A DNA stretch of 64,000 nt from Dudresnaya verticillata. Taxonomy: Eukaryota. A program made the position numbers and the translations under genes. Below the pieces are notes generated by a model. That model made no database searches, was not told the DNA's origin, and was given only the letters and a program-made list of their open reading frames with translations. The stretch lies in contig OZ374557.1 of the NCBI GenBank assembly GCA_977862235.1, forward strand, positions 1,054,001 through 1,118,000, in the 5' to 3' direction. How positions within the stretch are numbered: position 1 is the first letter of the stretch; every line of letters begins with the position of its first letter. Below, one piece after another: positions 24,501-36,556 of the stretch.

Positions 24501-26100
24501 TGTCGCGCCATTGGTATTATATTTCATCTTCGCGATATGGACTGTGTCCAATTGATCCACGGATATGGTAAGGACTGTAGCGAGGCACAAGTCACCATTG
24601 GCATATGGGACCTTCCGCTCTCCGACATTTCCGGAACCACTACCAATATCCCCTTCTACGTCACTCTCGGTGACGGACTCATTCTTCTTGGTAACGAGAT
24701 CCTCCACCAGTCGTATCAACTAGGCTCTGATAACTTCCTTGTAATTCCTCCACATGTTCGAGGTCTTTCGGACCACGAACGTATATTCGAAACCTACTGC
24801 GAGTCCACCGGATCATCCGACCAAAATCCCGTGCGGACATACTTCTTCGTAGTTCCGTGCAAAACATCTTCCTTTCAGGCACTTTTCCGCGAAACATTCT
24901 TTCGCAGCAAGAAAACCAAGTCGGGAACAACTCTGCAAAAAAGTGTTCCATAGGAAAAGTTGCAAGCCGTTTCGCTCGGATACTGCATGGATATACGCAT
25001 CTTCACAAAGAGGATATGCTTCTCCTTTGTGAGAGGGCAGATGCGTTGAACCCCGTCATGCGTCAGGCCTTTCATGCGGCCTTTGAGAAGTGCACTTCCT
25101 GTAGGAAGAATGGGAGACCGCTCTCATACCGCAAGGTTTCCTTCTCGCGCATCATTGTTTCGTTTAACCACCATGTCCAAGTCGACTCCCTGTTCATAAC
25201 GGAGGCGGACCCGATCCCGACCTCAACATAGTCGACGTACACACAGCATTTTCGGTTGCCGTTCCGTTGCCCAAGCGGTCGATGGCCCTTGCGGCGAAAC
25301 ACTTCGAACGCAGTTGGATCAACGTCCAAGAGGCACCCAAGGAGCTTTCAGAAGACCTGGAACTTTTCAATGCTGTCTTTGGGGATGCACCCCGATACTT
25401 TGGAATCAGCTTCCAGCCCGACCTGCGCGAAGACACAACAAGCTCGGAGTTGTCGAGCGAAAGAAGTCAGTCCACCTCCTTCTTTGTCAACGATTTCTCC
25501 ATGATACGGAATACTTCTCCAACAATAACGGTACAGTTGTTGACAAGGGTAGGGTCGTGTCTCGTGCTTCGTTCTTGAGCAACATCTTATACGGAAGTCG
25601 ATCAGTCAGTAGTTTCGAAATCGTGCGTGGCTACATTCCCGCCCTTCTTGGTCTTCCTCAGTCCCGCATTTCTGATGCATTCATAACATCACATGAAGAA
25701 CAAGTTGCCAGAAGGGCGTTGAAGGCTGTGGAAAAGGGCCGAAAACCACATGTGGTCCGAAGGCACCAGATCCCTCGTGATACTATGGTGTATTACTTCA
25801 AACGAGGACCAAAGGTCGGGACATGGGAAAAAGGCTATGTCAGAGCCGCAGAGGATCAGTTCGCGGTCATCTCAAGCAAGGCCAAGCACAAAGGCGATCC
25901 CGTACGAGCTGCCTATGAAGATGTTGGAATAGCTCCCACCTATTCCTTAATCCAGGAGCTGGACTCGGCTAACTTCTTTTTCCCGCGCTCTTACTCAATT
26001 CTGGACGAGGATACAGAAATCTACCAGTTCTCTTGAGAACCAATTCCGCCACTCTTCCCTGACCTTCAAGGCAATTCGGGACATGAGATCGAAAATGATG
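21523..26100 (+). mobile_element. Copia family D (GalEa-like pol): 5' LTR region, PBS, gag, protease, integrase; 3' truncated
   Basis: LTR start TGTTGCGGGCATGGTCGCTGG. PBS GTTATGGGCCCGG at 22390. Gag from ~22411 with CYDC..H..C knuckle. IIDPGCPKS protease, LHGYTH/CTSC, RPARRHNKLGVVERK integrase. Right boundary approximate. Confidence 0.85.
23612..24305. mobile_element. Solo LTR inserted in the D gag
   Basis: Termini TGTGGTGTAGTG / CACTTCACCATA (10/12 inverted match). Degenerate 5-bp flanks AAGAT/AAAAC. Excision joins gag codons (AAED|PKKDK). Confidence 0.7.
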
Positions 26101-26279
26101 CAGATGAGCAAGCTGAACTTCCTCATGTGCCTCCCAGCAGTATGCTGGACCAACCCGACCTCCCAAGTCTCCCGATCGTAGACGGGAGGGAGGCTGACGC
26201 TGAAAGCACAGCCTGATCAGGCTCAGATAAGTGAAGGAGCAGCCATTCTCGTGGCTCCGGTGTTCCTAGAAACGGATGC

Positions 26280-26700
26280 CAAAGATATATTTGCCGCGAA
26301 CTTCGATCTGCTGGGGGTGACAAAGGTGGATTCACCGAGTGGGTCGAGACAGTCGACGACCTTCTTCGCACGTATGCCAAAGATGTCTATATCGAGACGA
26401 TAGTCTCTGAAATGGACACGATGGCACAGGAGCCGGAAGAAGAAGAATTCACCTTCTCACGACGATTGCAAAAGAAGGCGCGACGATTCACGGGGGTCTA
26501 CACAGAGTAATACGTAATAAAATGCTTTATTAATGTCTAGTACCCACGGTAAAGCCGCTTTTAAGACCTACCTCTCTGGACCCATAGACAACCGGTTTGG
26601 AAGATAATATCGAGCTCGCCACCGCCCAGGGAGATTCTCACGGTGCACTATTCGGCAAGGACGGAGCGAAGAAAGCCACCACGACGCTGCTGCGGAAGAC
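26280..26700 (+). pseudogene. gag: Gypsy-type gag fragment
   Basis: WVETVDDLLRTYAKDVYIETIVSEM...QEPEEEEFTFSRRL...GVYTE resembles a retrotransposon capsid segment and the gag at 33540-33720. Confidence 0.65.
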
Positions 26701-27619
26701 CGTCGCGAAGGTACGGACTCACAAGCCTAGTCGTGTACTTTTCATTTGCCAATCGCGGTGATCCGGAGTATCCGATTCAGATTCTTCAAGGAGCAGTGGC
26801 TCTGTCTCGTCTGGTCAGCGGTAGACACAGGCGTGCGCGGTCAGGAGAGTCTGCCGCGAACTCCTGCGAGGACCGTGTGCGATGACAGGGGCGTAAGCGG
26901 GGTGAAGGGGCGGTGGAAACTTGGGAGTGGAGTGGGCGTTTACGGCTAGTAGAGAAGGGCTTTGGACATCCTCCACAGCTAACGTAGCGTACTCGTGTCT
27001 ACGCTACTATACCTCTCTTTCGTCATACCTGTGGGGTTTGGTCGGGTGCACCTGGGGCGCTTGAAGGAGGCTGCGGCTGGGCGCGCGGTCGTACAACGGC
27101 GCCGACGGTCCACTGTAAGGTATCGTACAGTGGCCGTTGCGTCAATGCTGTAAATTGGGCTCAACGCGACACTCTCCCTGTTGCAACGCTCGGCGTCGTC
27201 GGGAAGCGCCGTGCGGATCAACGGGATACTCCAAGGTGCCCTTTTTAGGTCCCGGAGGGCGCAGCTAGAGTCCACCCGATGTTCGTCCTTCTCCTTTTGT
27301 AAGATACTGTAATGCGTACGGATCCAATGAGTACTTCAAGGATCTTCCGCCCGGTGTCCTCCCCCTCCAGCCATCAATCATCACCACTTCCATCCCCGTA
27401 AAGGAACCACACCATCTCATATGATAGCATCGACCTGAGGCAAGACTACTTCAGTCTCTCAGTTGCGCTGTACAAAACTTTCTAGAGCTTGCGGATCAAC
27501 CCCGCTAGAAGACTTTCGCAAGAAGACCGTCGACCTTTCTGATCTTCTGGCTTTCGTGTGCTTGTTGACATCGTCCAACACACGATAATTTCCCGACCCG
27601 ACCAACCCCACCCCTCAAC

Positions 27620-28747
27620 ATGACCGATCCCACTCCGCTCCCTACGAGCACTGGATCAAGCCCTTCAGTCGCTGAGGCTTTCAGCTCGGAGGCTGACCTC
27701 ATTTGGCAACTCTTGGAACGTGACCGCATCCTTTCGGACCTCGTCCCATTCTGGCCAGATGAGAACGCCGTTTCCCTCCTCGACAAGATCATTCCGCCGC
27801 ATGACCCATACGCCGGTCCGATGCCGATTGGGTTTGCCTACTTCATCGTCAAGGATCTACGTTCCATGCCACTCGAACACCGCACAAGTCGTGTCTCGAA
27901 ATTCATCTCTAAGGGTTCCCTCAAGGACTACCACGAGACTTTGGAGTCGATTCTCCATTCGTTCATCATCGTCTACTGCAACAGTGAGCGTACAAGCACC
28001 CGTCGCTAGACGGGACTGCAATGTATTCACGATACAGTGGATGGCTACGACCTGTATCTCGAATCTGAAGATACCGCGACACCGGAAGACGAAGAAATTG
28101 TCGATCCGATCCCGACCGGGAACTTCAAGGCTAAGTTCGAGGAAGCCCGCCTACCCGACCATGGTCAGGAAAACAGTAGCAAACCTACCCCGAGCTCCAC
28201 CGATACGAAAAAGAACTCCAATGAGAGGTACAGCAGCTCGGTTCCCGATCTGCAGAAGAGCATTCAGGCAATGACATCTCTATATCCTTCCGAGTCGCGT
28301 ATCACTGGAGAAGAGTCCGAGACTTTCAACGTTAAGCTTGCGCCGATAGTTCAGCAAGTGGAAGCGCTCCAAAGCGCCTCGGAGCACCATCCGACAGTGT
28401 TGTTTTCACTTCTGCAAGGAAAAGCTCGCGAAAAAGCTTCGATGATACCGCTCCACAAAACCACTCTGGATTCCTTCGTCGAAGACGTCTCCAAGACCCT
28501 ACTTTTTGATCCGGACATTCAAGAAAGACGCGTCACCCGTTGGAATAACCTCAAGTACTCCGATTTCCGCTCCAAGGCATCTAGTGAAGAGGAAGCTACA
28601 CGAGAGTGCATCAAGCACATCAAGAACCATCAGCTCGATCTTCCGTTGCACCTGCGTTCCGAGCAGCTCTTACTCTCCCACCTTCGAGAGATATTCCGAT
28701 TCATCCCCTGGTGTGAAACACTGTATCATCGCAGATCCCTCATGTAA
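27620..28747 (+). pseudogene. gag: GalEa-like copia gag relic
   Basis: ORFs 27620-28009 and 28037-28747 are in the same frame. The C-terminal pattern (QLDLPLHLRSEQ...IPW) parallels the family C gag (VPLHKRNED...CSW). Confidence 0.55.
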
Positions 28748-28829
28748 ACGCCAGCATCTTTTGGGAGCAAGCTCATCCCCGCTGCGTGCAACTCGGATCT
28801 TCGCATTAAGAACACTGGTAGCAGCCGGA

Positions 28830-29557
28830 ATGAGACCCCAAAGGATCAGGAAGACCTATCGGATTTCGTAGCAAACGGCCGAACGTAGAACGGACCTGCG
28901 CGCCGGTAGCAAGCGTGGTAGAGCGGGAGCGCGCAGACGAAGTCACGGCCAAAATCCTGGATGAGCAGTGGAAAATGCCAAGTTGGGAAAAGGTTGCAAA
29001 ACTTTACTCCCAACCTCTGGCGGGACGGCTTCGTACCTATCCTGGCCGAGCCGTAGTTTGTGGCCGTCTAAGTAGACCCTCAATCGGCCATTGGAGCTAA
29101 TCTAGAGCTATTCTACAGTTAGTGGCCGAGGTTACTCCCCGTCGGCCACTACTTGTGTTTCGGTGTCGGGCCAATGTTATACCCTTACCAGACTAAACCA
29201 AGTACTTTTCCGTTAGTGGTTACCCAAAGGAGTTAGATTTTCCCTTGATTTTTCTGCTGCCTTCCTCTTGATTTCACTTGCGGCCAAATCCAATTTCCTC
29301 TTTTCACTTGTCTCCAGATCCGATCACACTGATCACGCGTGTACAGCGGGCCACGTGGTGCGCTTGGGTGTCGTAGGTGGCCACGTGTGACACACGTGTA
29401 CACTTGTTGGACACGTGCGTCTCTTGCGCATGTTCATTGGCGTCCGCCCGGCCGCACTGTCGTCGGTTGGGCAAACGTATCTTTTCGATTGGGCCGACTG
29501 TCCCACTTGGCCCGGCCGGTTGCGTCCGTTTCGGAGACCCCTTGGCGTTGCGTCACA
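28830..29557 (-). repeat. G1-related LTR in inverted orientation
   Basis: Reverse complement aligns with the G1 LTR from TGTGACGCAACG through CTTTGGGGTCTC. Left end uncertain (28743-28830). Confidence 0.88.
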
Positions 29558-29824
29558 GATTGCGCCACATTTGGTCTCCCGACCTAGAAGTTCGGAACTC
29601 CCGATTGGCTACCTCACTTACGCTACGGAACTACACTGATCACGGCAATTAGACCCGACCAGATTAAATAGGAACTCCGAGATTTTGCCGCCCTCTCCAC
29701 CAATTAATATGGTCCAGAGTAATTCTGAACCAAGGGTAATTAGGGTGTGCTCACAAAAGGTTCAGACCAGATTAATACATGGGCATGGTGACGTGTAATG
29801 GAAACGTGTAACAATTTCATTCGT

Positions 29825-31721
29825 CTACTCAACGGGTGCTCCTTCAAAGTGGTTTCTGTGCTCGGCAATTATGACCTGGAGCTGCTCAAAGAGCTGGCAC
29901 TCCTCCCATCTGCCAGTTGTGTTCAAAGACATTCCACACTTAATCATTGCCTCGCGGGCGTACGACATACCATCGCCGTCCCTTTGACCATTAACTTCGC
30001 GCACAGAAAGCGCAGCAATTTCGAGAAAGAATTACTTTCCGGGGTTACAAAGCTTTCCGCTCGACCCTTCCACTCCTGGCATCCAGCGATTCTCGTTGAT
30101 CATCTGCAACTTATGCTGATCCCACACACGGCGCCAGGCATCCTTGATCTTAGCAATAAGGAAGGAGTCAGCGGGTTGCACTAGGTCAGTCGCGTTTGCC
30201 GGCAGCTTGCGGAGTTCCGTGTTAATGGCTGCGCATGCACGGTCAATGCTTTCATTCTGGTTGTGACTAGAACAATTGTCAACCAAAAGCACCCTCTTCT
30301 TCCGATCTGACAATGCTCGTATCGCGCGCGGTTCTCCCAACCATTCCTTGAATACACGGTTATCCATCCATCTTTTCCTCCCAGTGCGGTAACAAACGCC
30401 GCAAACATCATCTTTGACGCCACGAATTGGGTATGAGCAGTTGTCATTTTTTAAGACTAGCATTGGCACTTCAATGGAGGCATTTACACCCCCTGTAACA
30501 CGAATAATCATCTTAATTCCCTCATCGTCAGATAACGCATCTACATATTTGACATGCTCGTCGCCACGAAAACCAAGTGTCCTTCTTTTATCCATATTGA
30601 AACAGAAATGAGTTCCATCGGCGTTTTCGATTGTGTTCTCATCAAGTTCTCCACTCTCAAAACCTCGTCTTAGCGTTCCGAGATGATAAGCTACAGTCTT
30701 GCGAATGTGCAGTTGCTTCTCTGGACTCGGAGAAAGATTTCCCGTCTGACGTCGAATGACAAGGTTATTGCTGGACATGAATGTCTGTACCCATCGAATA
30801 GTAATCTTGCTCACGGCATCTACATTTGCCAATGATACAGCCACGCTCAGGTAGGATTCAACGGGGTTAGTCGGGAGCATGTGTTTTGCTCAGGTCATTA
30901 GAAGAGATGGTGTCACTTTAACACCTGCAGAACGCAGCCTGTCAAACTCCAGTAGCATGGCCTGGTACAGGATTGTAACCCATTCCTTGCGCTTGCGGCC
31001 GCGTCCTGAAAGAGCTTTGAAGTTGACCCTTTTGACGCCATGATGAGCATGCCCACTCAAGTTTCCTGGACGAGTGGTACCTGCTCGGAGGGCAATAAAT
31101 TGTGGCCTTTTACGCCACCACGAAGTAACCTTTGCGTGGTTGGCTTTGTAAGAGCCCGGCAAGAGCTGTGCGAATTGTCTTAACGCTCGGCCAATAAAAA
31201 AACAGAGCCGTGGTGGACATCTTGACTTGCATCTCGCCAAACTGGTTCTTCACCTCTTGTTGTCACTCGGCCGTCCGACGCTTATACTGGTAGAACTCTT
31301 ACCGGTCCAACCAAACGTCCTGTTCTGGCTGGGAATCATCATCAACCGGAGGCGGCCGAAGATTGGAGGGAGCGGCCAGCGGAGTCATCGGCGGCGCTGA
31401 GGCCGCTGGTAGCGTGCGAAACGGCGAAATCGGAGGGGCTGCCCGCAGCGGTACCTCATTACGGACGGCACCTACCGTGAAGGACGACCCTGCTCGGCCG
31501 ACTGTTGGAGGCATACCCTGGCCAGTCGATAACGGGACCGGAGGGGCTGGTGGTGGCCCCGATAACGGTGGATATAGGCCAGGAGCAGGTGGTGGGCCTA
31601 TAAGAGCGCCCAATGTGGAGGAAGGCGGAGCCGAGCCTTGTAAGGACTGCGGTTGTCCGCCTGCCGGTGAGGAAGAAGAAGAGATGAAGAAGTGCGTCGA
31701 AGACTGATCGGCCAGATACAT
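29825..31721 (-). pseudogene. pogo-like (DDE_1) transposase pseudogene
   Basis: ENADGTHF, WMDNRVF, LLVDNCSSH and LPANATDLVQPAD motifs, with 36 residues between the 2nd and 3rd Asp. Interrupted by stops and frameshifts. No paired TIRs found. Confidence 0.9.
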
Positions 31722-31734
31722 CTAGCGATTTTTG

Positions 31735-31959
31735 GACACCCCGTGGCCGACGTGTGCAAAGTGGCCTACCTGGGAACCACACTGTCGTGTGCAAAACGCA
31801 GGGGTGGGAACGGACGATTCCGAGGTACTAGTGCCTATACCAAGGGCCGGATACTGCCGTGTGCAAAGCTCCCTGTGCTGGGAACGAACCAGCGAGTGTG
31901 CAAAGTGGCCGCCCTGGGAACGAACCAAGCGACGGGTGTCTGGCCTGTGACCTAGACTG
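31735..31959 (-). repeat. ~225-bp structured repeat upstream of the transposase
   Basis: Homolog of 2767-2991, with four GTTCCCA...TTTGCACAC units. Confidence 0.85.
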
Positions 31960-31979
31960 GTTGGTTCCGCCGCAGGCCC

Positions 31980-34900
31980 TGTAGTCTATTTAGTAGTCGC
32001 CCCTCTGGGCTCGAGTAAACAAAGGAAAGCCAGCCTACGCCAGGTTTATCCCTTTCTGCTTTGGTTTCTTTCCAAGTCTTTCGCCCTACGGCTTCCCTCT
32101 TTCCCTAGCCGCCTAAGCTTTCCTTTTCCTTTTCCCACCGTCGTCTTCGTGCCGCCACACGACGGGGAACACAGGGAACCGGCCGCTGCCACCCGCGTAC
32201 GATCCGCCCCGTGCGCGCTTAGGCTTCTACGCACGTTGATCCGCGACCGTCGACGGCGCGCGCGGCCGACACCACCGCTCTAACACCTACTGCTACCACT
32301 CTTCGACGGGTCTGGGTGAGACGACGAGACCAGCCGCGCTAGACATCAGTTCGACCTGACGTCTATGCGACACTGGTCTCCCGACCTAGAAGTCGCAGAA
32401 GACCCTATCACCTCTCGCGTTGACGCGATCGAGGCCAAGAATGCCACTGCTACCTACTTCGGCCGCTGCCGGTTCGGCAGATACCGCGGCAGGTGAGGTT
32501 GGCGGTCGACGCACTTCCCTGCTGAGTAACGTTGGAGTCTCGGGACCTCCCTTAGAGGAACCGCGCATCGAGCGCAGGACGGCTATAGCCAAGGCCCTAG
32601 GAGGGACAACGGTCTCTGCGACCGACCTCCAGTTACTCTACGAGGAGACGATGGACTCACTCTCGGAAGTGTACACCACCTTCATGGTCTCAGTCGCAGG
32701 AGCGCGGGCACGAGGTCAGAGTGACCTGGAATCGCTTCGACGCGGAACTCTGGCCTCCGTCGAGGAAGGATTAACCCGAACGCAAGGGCTCCACTACGAG
32801 CTACGCTAACGCGTTGCGTTGATCGAGCACTCACCGACGCGGTATTACCAGCGGGCGCCTAGGCCATCGCCGGTGTGAAGCCGTCCTCCGCGATAGCCGT
32901 CCCAAGCGGATCCGGTTCGCAAGCTGGCCCAAGCCCTCCTTGCTGCGCGTCGTAGTGAGCGAACTCACTTTTCTCCACCGGCTCCTCCGCCTAGTAATAG
33001 GCAAGGGTCCCCTCGACCTACAAGGGATGACGACCCCTTCTACGGGGCCGACCCCAAGATACTGCAACGCGCCCTCGACGGGCGTGGAGTCGGAGGGGCG
33101 TCTCGCAGCTCACCATACGAAGATGCCGCGGTGGCCTACTGGCACTGGTGAGCATTGATGCCGGGCGTCGAGCCACTGGGCACCTTGGTCCCCGAATTCG
33201 GAAAGTCTATTAACTACCTCTCTCATCGTCGAGACGAAATCAGGCAGGGGGACAATCAGCAGCAAATCTGTAACGACAACACCGCCGAGATTTTCAGCAG
33301 GATGAAAGCTCTCATGCCGTGGCTCGATCGCAACGACGGCAAGAAGCCCATCCGCTTGCTTGGTGTGCTTATTCAGCTACGCCAAGCCTTCAAAGGCGTC
33401 GGCCTGTCGGAAGGCACAGCGGTGGGAGTGGTATCCTGGTTCCTAGACGGAACAGCATCCCAGGTGTATTCGAGTCACCTTTTCTCGGGGATCCGGACGA
33501 CTAGTCACGGCACCCCCCGTGCTGGGCCTCGGTGTTCAATACCCTCGTCGAGAGGTTCGTCACCGACGACGTTATCGCCGACGCGTACGACCGACTGACC
33601 ACCTCCAGGTAGCGGGACGCCGAGTCAGAACTCGAGTTCGCCTCTCGTCTAGAAGGCTACGCAGATGACTGTGCTGGCGTCTACTCAGACGAGAACCGGA
33701 CGCACCAGTTCCTGCGTGGTCTGTTTCCGACCACACGATCCTCCGTGGTGGAGAAGGTACGGCAGATGCCTATGGTGGAGCAGACCAACTTCAGTACCGT
33801 TCATCGGATCGCTCACAGTGAGGGCACAACCTACCGCGCCCGCATGGCCAAGGCGTCGACGCCGGCTATCGCTTCGTGGCGCGTTAGGGGGAGCAGTTCG
33901 GCAAGCGGCCGCACTCTTCTTATCGAGGCGCCACGTACCCCCGATAGGGAAGTGTCCTTCGACGGTACGATGTTGGTGGCGCCCGATGACGATGGTTTCG
34001 AACACGTCATGGTCGTGCCCACGCTTTCGACAGCCGGGGCGGCGCAAGTCGAGGAGACCTTCGCTATATCAGGACGCATCGACGCAGTCCTGCCGGATGT
34101 CCTGCCGGAGAGGATCCCTCCGCTCACACCGTTGCAAGAGGTAATGGCCCGCGCTGTCACCCCTGATCGACAGGGGTGGTACACCTGCTGGTTCTGCCAA
34201 GAACGCAGGCAAATAATGTACTCGTGCCCGTTCCTGACTAAGGAACAGCATTTTTACTGCTCGTATGCGAACGGAAACCATAGACGTGACACGCAGCCGC
34301 AAGCGCGCAACAACTTGCAGCAGCTCATCGATGAGCGCATGCCGGCAGGCTCCAAGGCAAGTTACTCCGCAAGACGCTTCGACGCGCACCGGGGTGGGGA
34401 CCGACGCTTCGACGCGAGAGGTACCCGCAGCGCTTCGACGCGCAAAGGTATCGCGGGGAAACGCAAAGGTACCGAGGGGATCGTCGAGATCCGCGCCGCG
34501 AATTCCAAAGGGCAGACGTCCCGCGGTTCCTCACTAGCGACGAGCGGATCGGGTTTGACGACCAAGCCGGTCGTCAACCTCGGGCGTCGACGCACTCGAG
34601 GCCCGACCGGCAGCGAGAACTGCTCCGAGAAGTGATTACCGTGCAGGAGCACATCGGGCTAACAGCCGACGAGTGGCTCCCGCAAGCGCTCGACGCGCAT
34701 AGCAAGTATGCGTCCGCCCGGGAGTAGGGCGAGGATCCCTAGCTCCTTTTTGACACGCTGCCGCGATCGACGCGAGGCGAAGGCTGGGCGTCTAGCCAGC
34801 TAATGGGATCCGAGGAAGATAGCTCGATTCGGAAACTAATTTTGACCGGATCGACCCGGAAAAGAGTGAAGGCGGTGCCGTTCGTGCGTTCGCGCGCACC

Positions 34901-35150
34901 GTCTTTCTCTACCGGATATCCACCACCCTCCTCAAAGCAATCAACGGCAAGTGGGACGTCGAGTCCCACTCAAGGCAGGACCTCCTCGCCAAGCATCGCT
35001 CGGAGCCCCCCTACGCGAGGAGTCGTCGAAGGCTATACCTATATACCACGTGTCTGGGTCGCTAGGCGCTGACCCAGGGGTACTGTTACCCCACACTATC
35101 GCGGTGGAGTCCGGGTACACCCTCATCGCGAAGCGACGCTGCCATCCGGA
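31980..35150 (+). mobile_element. gag: Ty3/gypsy G2 5' fragment: LTR end (32372), PBS, decayed gag, possible start of protease
   Basis: GCGACA then TGGTCTCCCGACC at 32374. DGKKPIRLL...LSEGTA...FLDGTA, ESELEFASRL...FLRGL, and degenerate knuckle CWFCQERRQIMYSCP. Left LTR boundary uncertain. Confidence 0.8.
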
Positions 35151-35267
35151 TGGGAAAAGCATGCGGCGGCGATGGAGTCGATCTTCCGGAAACGCCGCGA
35201 CCTCCTCATCTCTCGCAACATCCCGGACGCCTCCACCGCCGGAAATATCTACTAATCCGTTGCCCGG

Positions 35268-36556
35268 ATGCTCTACCAGACATCGGAACTGGACTTCTGC
35301 ATCCAGCATATCGACAGCCTTCTCGACACCCGCTGTCCCTCCATCTCCGCCTCTCCTCCTCCGGCTCCTCAGTCCTCTGCTCCCACCGACGTCTCTACCT
35401 CCACGGTCTCCGCCCAGAAACTCGCAGCGAACATGTCACAACGTTTCAGAACCCCTGCTCGCAAATTCTCGGGAACCGAAAATCTTCATTCCTTCATCCT
35501 CGGATACCAATATACCGTCAAAGATTTTCCCTCACTTCGGAGCAACGTATGCAATATATCCACCTTCTATTCCGCGATGATTCTCTTCTCTTCTATTAAA
35601 CCCATATCGAAGGTCGTATTCATAACTTTGGATCCGCCATTACGTTACTAGATAAGCACTTGTACCCGCTGGCGCGCCAAAATCAGTTCTATGGTTATCT
35701 TCGCAACCTACTTATCGGAGATCACACTCCCAACGCTACTTCCCTTTCTGACGCCCTCGATAAGGTTAACTCCATTATCACTCGCTACATGCGCTGTGTA
35801 CCACTACACAAGCGAAATGAAGACACCAAGGTCGAGATAATCCGCGGCACGGTAGCCGGTTGTTCCTGGGCTCATCACATCCTGGTACACTCCTCCAATT
35901 ACGCTACATCCTACCAGGATCTGCTCGCCCGCCTCCATGGTGCTATTCAAACTGAGGAAGAGATTCGTTTAGCACGCCCTCGTTCCACCTCCTCCGATAC
36001 CTATCTGGCCGCTAGCCGACCAATGTACTCCCCTCGCCTCCCCCGTTTTCGCTCCCAGAGTGCTCCGCACGCTCCCCGCCGTGGCTCGTCACATAACTCT
36101 GCCCCGCCCCGCACCCTTGCGTACTGGAACTGTGGCAAAAACCACCGTTTGATCCACTGCCCTGATCCTCAAAACATCTCTTGCATCACTGCCAACCGGC
36201 TCAAGCACTACAATTCTCGCCCTAACGCTCGTGGCACTGACGGCAAAAACCGGGTCCTCAAACGCGTTCTCTACGAGCTCGTCAGTCAGGTCGACCCTGA
36301 CTCTTCCCTTGACCCTCTCCCCTCCGACCACTATGACAACAACCCCGAGGCATACAGACTCTCCTCGCCTCTTGACGTCGAGCCTGTCGCTGCCAATGAA
36401 CCTTTGGCACCCCTTCCAGATATTGTCTCCCACGAGCCCACACCCTCTCCTGTTCCCGATCCTTCCCTCCAGGATATGCTTCATTCCCTTTCTATTTCCG
36501 CAGAGGACCACGCTCAGGCTTAACCTTCCCTTCAGGACGCCCTTCTGGATTTTTAG
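35268..36556 (+). pseudogene. gag: Family C gag
   Basis: ORFs 35268-35651 and 35660-36523. Knuckle remnant YWNCGKNHRLIHCP. Frame continues to TAG at 36554-36556. Confidence 0.8.

Noticed and set aside
26700..27620. Possible LTR/PBS for the 27620 gag
   Set aside because: No second copy, TSD or convincing PBS could be identified.
31890..31930. tRNA gene suggested by GGTTCG motifs on minus
   Set aside because: I could not build a cloverleaf or find an A-box; kept only as a SINE hypothesis.
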